This document shows positions 54,165 through 58,094 of a stretch of DNA of 58,094 nt, one piece after another; position 1 is the first letter of the stretch, and each line of letters starts with the position of its first letter. A program made the position numbers and the translations under genes. The notes below the pieces were generated by a model. The model worked only from the letters and a program-made list of their open reading frames with translations. It did no database searches and had not been told where the DNA came from. This stretch comes from a virus (Duplodnaviria; Caudoviricetes): positions 1-58,094 of the IMG/VR virus record IMGVR_UViG_3300027842_000016. The stretch is one strand, 5' to 3'.

Positions 54165-54844
54165 TGCCCACTGCAACGACAGAATCACTGAGTCACAATG
54201 TTTGTGCAAAGTGTGAAAAATCATTCAATGGATGGGGAGATTATTACTACCACATCAACACAGTGAAGTGTATTAAGGTCATCAAACCCGTCAATACGAC
54301 CGGGAGAACGAGAGGAGAGATTATTATGAATGCAGAAAAAACTTGGTTGAAACCATTCCTGATCGCGCTGATGTTGAGCATCGCTTCGCTCGGCTACGCC
54401 AACTGTGGGAATGACAACGGCAACGGGAACGGATGTTCAGGTGGTCAAGTCGGCCCGCAAGGACCTCAAGGTCCACAAGGACCACAGGGACCGCAAGGCA
54501 ACCCCGGCACGAATGGTAGTAACGGGGCCAATGGAGCCAACGGCTCTAACGGTGCGAATGGCGCTAACGGCAAAGACGGCAAAAATGGAGCCAACGGCCA
54601 GAACGCCATCAACCCCGGCGCTCGGATGCTTGGCGAGCTGGATGTCCGATTGGCTGACACGAAGCACACGTCGTTCTACGTGTTCGACTCGTACAATTTC
54701 AACGACAGTCCCGGCCAGGATGTTGTGATGGATGGGCGAAATGCCTTTTATGGTTTCAAGTTCGTTGTCAAGCTCGGCAAGAGCTACGAGGAAGAGCGCA
54801 TTGACAAATTAGAAAAAGAAATCCAGGCGCTACGGAGGAAATAA
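54164..54844 (+). CDS. Collagen-like repeat protein (signal-peptide-bearing form likely starts at 54326)
   Basis: (GPQ)5 and (GAN/GSN)n triplets; LIALMLSIASLGYA signal-like segment. Confidence 0.8.
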   Translation: MPTATTESLSHNVCAKCEKSFNGWGDYYYHINTVKCIKVIKPVNTTGRTRGEIIMNAEKTWLKPFLIALMLSIASLGYANCGNDNGNGNGCSGGQVGPQGPQGPQGPQGPQGNPGTNGSNGANGANGSNGANGANGKDGKNGANGQNAINPGARMLGELDVRLADTKHTSFYVFDSYNFNDSPGQDVVMDGRNAFYGFKFVVKLGKSYEEERIDKLEKEIQALRRK

Positions 54845-55143
54845 TGCCCTTCATCAGACAAGACCGTCGAGAACAGGCAGCGAAGGGCCAGCTGCCGGAT
54901 ACACAGTCAGGGGACCGATGCTACAAGTTCTACAAAGAGATGGTTGACCTATTCAAGAAAGAACCGCGATGGACGACTGTCCACAACATCTACAAGGCCC
55001 ACCTGCACAGCCTTCACAAGACCCACATGGCGGACGTGCAGTGCGACGACTGCTTGGCAGCCCGGCTGGCCTGGCAGGTGTTCTTTCAAAAGTACGTGAT
55101 GCCGTATGAGCTTGAAAAGGAGGCAGAAAATGGCACTATATGA
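54844..55143 (+). CDS. Hypothetical protein
   Basis: MPFIRQDRR...YELEKEAENG. Confidence 0.7.
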   Translation: MPFIRQDRREQAAKGQLPDTQSGDRCYKFYKEMVDLFKKEPRWTTVHNIYKAHLHSLHKTHMADVQCDDCLAARLAWQVFFQKYVMPYELEKEAENGTI

Positions 55144-55321
55144 TCGAGAAGGTCCATGCGTGACGGAAGCGCCTCGTCCCCCGGAAGTCTACCGAGTCAT
55201 CGACGATGGTGACTGCATTCTCACGACGATGGACCCACGCAAAGCTCTTCTTGCCCTCAATGAACTCATTGAGAAGCATGATGTGACAAGCTGCTGGTCG
55301 GATGTGGAAATATTGAGATGA
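55130..55321 (+). CDS. Hypothetical protein
   Basis: AGGAGG RBS. Confidence 0.55.
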   Translation: MALYDREGPCVTEAPRPPEVYRVIDDGDCILTTMDPRKALLALNELIEKHDVTSCWSDVEILR

Positions 55322-55538
55322 CGCTCACCGAGCTGCTCGTCAATCGGGAACCACAAGAGGTTGGTCAAAGGGCTGTTACTCTGGCCATTGACTACATCAA
55401 CAGTTGTTTGCCTAATCCGATAGACATGCGCCGGGTTGTAGAAAAAGCCAAAAAGGACATGGAACATGACCGTTGATGAGGCAAAGAAAATGCCGTTGTT
55501 CTTCGTAAAACTCATCATGGTCTTGGAGAGGATCGCCA

Positions 55539-56030
55539 ATGCTCTTGAAAAGCTTGTGGAACTGGATGCGGAACGATAACCGCTGGTGGTTCAAGTACGC
55601 ACCACCGTTCGGGTGGTACAACTATTACGGTTACAGCACAAAGCCGTGGGTCTACTTCCACGATCTGTGGTTGCAGGTCAAGTGGTTCTGCCAGCGCGGA
55701 GCAAGAGGGTACGCGGACAACAGCGTGTGGAGCGTTGACTGGTATCTGTCAAGCTTCATGGGCAACGCCCTCCGTGATCTGTCCAAGCAAGTGCATGGTG
55801 TGCCGCTAATAGAAACCGGGAGGCCACTGGACCCACATGACCCTAACGACTGCGATACTCTCACGATGGAGGAGTGGAAGGCAACGATTCTTTACATCGC
55901 TGAGACTTTTGACCTGGCGCGTAAGATACAGGATTACGATATTCCCGGCGAAGAAATGCCAGCTGCCATGAAGAGGTTCAAGCAGGGAATGGCCATGTTC
56001 ACAGAGTATTTCTTCAACCTATGGGACTGA
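55539..56030 (+). CDS. Hypothetical aromatic-rich protein
   Basis: RGYAD..VWSVD...EYFFNLWD. Confidence 0.7.
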   Translation: MLLKSLWNWMRNDNRWWFKYAPPFGWYNYYGYSTKPWVYFHDLWLQVKWFCQRGARGYADNSVWSVDWYLSSFMGNALRDLSKQVHGVPLIETGRPLDPHDPNDCDTLTMEEWKATILYIAETFDLARKIQDYDIPGEEMPAAMKRFKQGMAMFTEYFFNLWD

Positions 56031-56173
56031 ACTCAATGCAGCACATGTGCTACTGCCCGACCAAGGACCTGTTCCTGGACAGTCTGGTGTATAAGGCGAA
56101 TAATCAAAACCACTATTCAAGATACTGCATGACGTGCAACGGACTCATTCTAACTTACGTGGAGGAGATCAAA

Positions 56174-56554
56174 ATGGAAGCACCTGTACAGGCACAGGAC
56201 GAAACGAACCCGAAGGACAGAATTGGTGTGAAGAAGCCGAGGTTATCTCTGGTCCCGCCAGCCGGGATCATTCACGAGGCCTTGGCGATGGCGAATGGCG
56301 CAGACAAGTACGGCCCCTACAACTGGCGTGACAAAAAAGTGCAAATGATGATTTACCTGGAAGCGGCCATGCGCCACATCATGTCATTCCAAGACGGAGA
56401 AGAGTTCGCCTCAGACAGCGGCGTGCACCACCTCGGACATGCACGGGCGTGCCTCGGTATCATCCTGGACGCCATTGCAACCGACAGCATCATCGACAAC
56501 CGGCCCAAGAAGGGATGCACGGCAGCGCTCATCGAGAGGTTCACGAAGAAATGA
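56174..56554 (+). CDS. dATP/dGTP diphosphohydrolase-like protein (DUF5664 type); the ORF extends in frame to 56021
   Basis: NPKD..KPRLSLVP..GADKYGPYNWR..AAMRH..DSGVHHLGHA; GGAGGAG RBS. Confidence 0.82.
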   Translation: MEAPVQAQDETNPKDRIGVKKPRLSLVPPAGIIHEALAMANGADKYGPYNWRDKKVQMMIYLEAAMRHIMSFQDGEEFASDSGVHHLGHARACLGIILDAIATDSIIDNRPKKGCTAALIERFTKK

Positions 56555-58094
56555 TAGCCGAGATGGAAACGCCAGCGCAGCCCACCTTCGGCCCGGACAA
56601 GTTCGGGGTTGAGCTTGTGATCAACCCTTCGGAGGTCCCGAATGGTTCGACAGCGGTCGTTGACGTGGAAACTGACGAGAAAGGTAATTTTGTGGGTATC
56701 GGAATTATGTGCGATCCCACTCGCGTTACTTATTATTCTACTCTTGGTCCCGACCTGCGGGCTTATCTTGCTGGTGCTAATCTCATTGGCCATAATCTTA
56801 AGTTTGATGCGACTGAACTACGCTCTTGGGGCGTTGACATTCGATCACGACTGCTCGTCCATGACACAATGCTCAAATCCTATGTGCGAAACAGCACCAA
56901 GGAAAGTCATGGGCTTAAGGAACTGGCCAGGGAATATCTTGGTATGGAGTGGCCAACTTATGAGCAGATGGTTGGCACTGGCAAGGACAAGGTTACCCTG
57001 GACCAGCAAGAAGTAGGCCGGGTGGCCGCCTACTGTGGATGCGACTGCGTGGCGACGTTCCGGCTCAACCAGTATTTCGACAAGGCGATGACGCCGCCCC
57101 AGAAGGGGTACTACAACACCCTCGAACTGCCGGTCATGCAGCTCCTCTTCGACATGGAGCAGCACGGCGTGACGGTGGATGTGCAATACCTGAAGGATTT
57201 GCGCGTCGATTTCGCAAAAGACGCTGAAATGCTCCTTTTGGACCTCAAGAACACTGTGAAGGATCGCGGCTACACCGTGCCCTGCCGCAAGAGCTGCCCA
57301 AAGAAGGCCCATTCCCACGAGTTTAACCCTGGGAGCCCTAAGCAGGTTTTGGAGGCCTTAAACACCTTCGGATTCGCTCTGACGGGCACGGCCAAGGAGG
57401 ACTTGGAGCCACATCGCGGGGACGAATTCATAAACATGCTCCTTGAGTACCGAAAGATCAACAAGGTGATCGGGACCTTCCTGGACGCCTGGCTGGCGCT
57501 CCCCACGTTGCCCAAGATTCACACGACCTTCAGCCAGGTGTCGTTCGACGACCAGACAGGGGACTGGAAGGGCATACGCACGGGTCGGCTCAGTTCCAAA
57601 GACCCGAACCTACAACAAATCAGCAAAGCGGGGGATGAAAATGAAGAGACGACTGGCAAAGCGCTACGTTCGGGATTCATACCGACGCCTGGCAAAGAAT
57701 TACTCGTTTTTGACTTTGATCAGTTTCAGTATCGCATCCTTGCTCATTACACTAAAGAAAAGGTTCTCATAGATGCCTTTCGCAGGGGCGAGGACGTTCA
57801 CGAGGCGACTGGGAAGGTTCTTTTCGGCAAGAGCAGCATCACGAAGATGGAGAGAAGCATCGCCAAGAACTGCAACTTTGGTGCGGTGTTTGGCGCTCAG
57901 GCTGAGAAGATTGCAAAGGTGGCTAAATGCTCCATCGAGGACGCGGAGAAATTTCTCTCGATCTATTGGAAGCGACTACCAGGGGTTACTTGGTGGATTA
58001 ACCGAACAAAGATGTTGGCTCACGTCCATAAGAGCGTTAAGACTATCTTCGGTCGAGTTATCCCTCTCCCGGATATTGATTCCCGAAACATCTA
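56551..58094 (+). CDS. polA: DNA polymerase family A, N-terminal part (3'-5' exonuclease plus motifs A and B); continues across the junction into 1-418, ~603 aa in total
   Basis: Open frame from ATG 56551, absent from the ORF track because it has no stop; ExoI VDVETD, ExoII IGHNLKFD, ExoIII YCGCD, RTGRLSSKDPNLQQI, motif A DFDQFQYRILAH, motif B RSIAKNCNFGAVFG. Confidence 0.95.
   Translation, partial: MIAEMETPAQPTFGPDKFGVELVINPSEVPNGSTAVVDVETDEKGNFVGIGIMCDPTRVTYYSTLGPDLRAYLAGANLIGHNLKFDATELRSWGVDIRSRLLVHDTMLKSYVRNSTKESHGLKELAREYLGMEWPTYEQMVGTGKDKVTLDQQEVGRVAAYCGCDCVATFRLNQYFDKAMTPPQKGYYNTLELPVMQLLFDMEQHGVTVDVQYLKDLRVDFAKDAEMLLLDLKNTVKDRGYTVPCRKSCPKKAHSHEFNPGSPKQVLEALNTFGFALTGTAKEDLEPHRGDEFINMLLEYRKINKVIGTFLDAWLALPTLPKIHTTFSQVSFDDQTGDWKGIRTGRLSSKDPNLQQISKAGDENEETTGKALRSGFIPTPGKELLVFDFDQFQYRILAHYTKEKVLIDAFRRGEDVHEATGKVLFGKSSITKMERSIAKNCNFGAVFGAQAEKIAKVAKCSIEDAEKFLSIYWKRLPGVTWWINRTKMLAHVHKSVKTIFGRVIPLPDIDSRNI
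57944..58094. repeat. Terminal direct repeat (assembly overlap), copy 2
   Basis: 151-nt copy of the window start; this copy keeps the PolA frame (IYWKRLPG). Confidence 0.97.

Noticed and set aside
56174-58094. 2-aminoadenine (Z) genome
   Set aside because: No PurZ/adenylosuccinate-synthetase-like ORF was found, so it cannot be supported from the diphosphohydrolase alone
1-58094. Stop-codon reassignment
   Set aside because: Core genes are full length in the standard code and no suppressor tRNA was seen

Overview
This window is essentially one complete, circularly permuted dsDNA tailed-phage genome of about 57.9 kb. The first 150 nt repeat as the last 151 nt, and the family-A DNA polymerase gene is split across that junction. 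It has two arms. The + strand arm (41.2 kb to the end, then 1 to 11.8 kb) carries early genes behind sigma70 promoters, RtcB, an SSB-like gene, exonucleases, primase-helicase, PolA, a resolvase, an Rnl2 ligase and many nucleotide/RNA-repair accessory genes. The - strand arm (40.6 kb to 11.8 kb) carries TerS, TerL, portal, scaffold, an N4-gp56-type major capsid protein, podovirus-like tail and ejection proteins, and lysis genes. No integrase or tape measure gene was recognised. Highlights: (1) a circularly permuted tRNA-like element at 34026-34101, with the 3' half before the 5' half and the acceptor stem closed by a 3-nt loop, inside a ~500-nt array of structured RNAs between scaffold and capsid genes, in a genome encoding both RtcB and Rnl2; (2) a PolA with Gln at the near-invariant steric-gate Glu and Phe at its partner Tyr; (3) four small genes after the capsid gene that share a scaffold-like C-terminal motif; (4) a ~240-nt structured element between two identically spaced 55-bp promoter-like repeats upstream of terS. 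All family calls come from motif recognition by eye; no database searches were run.
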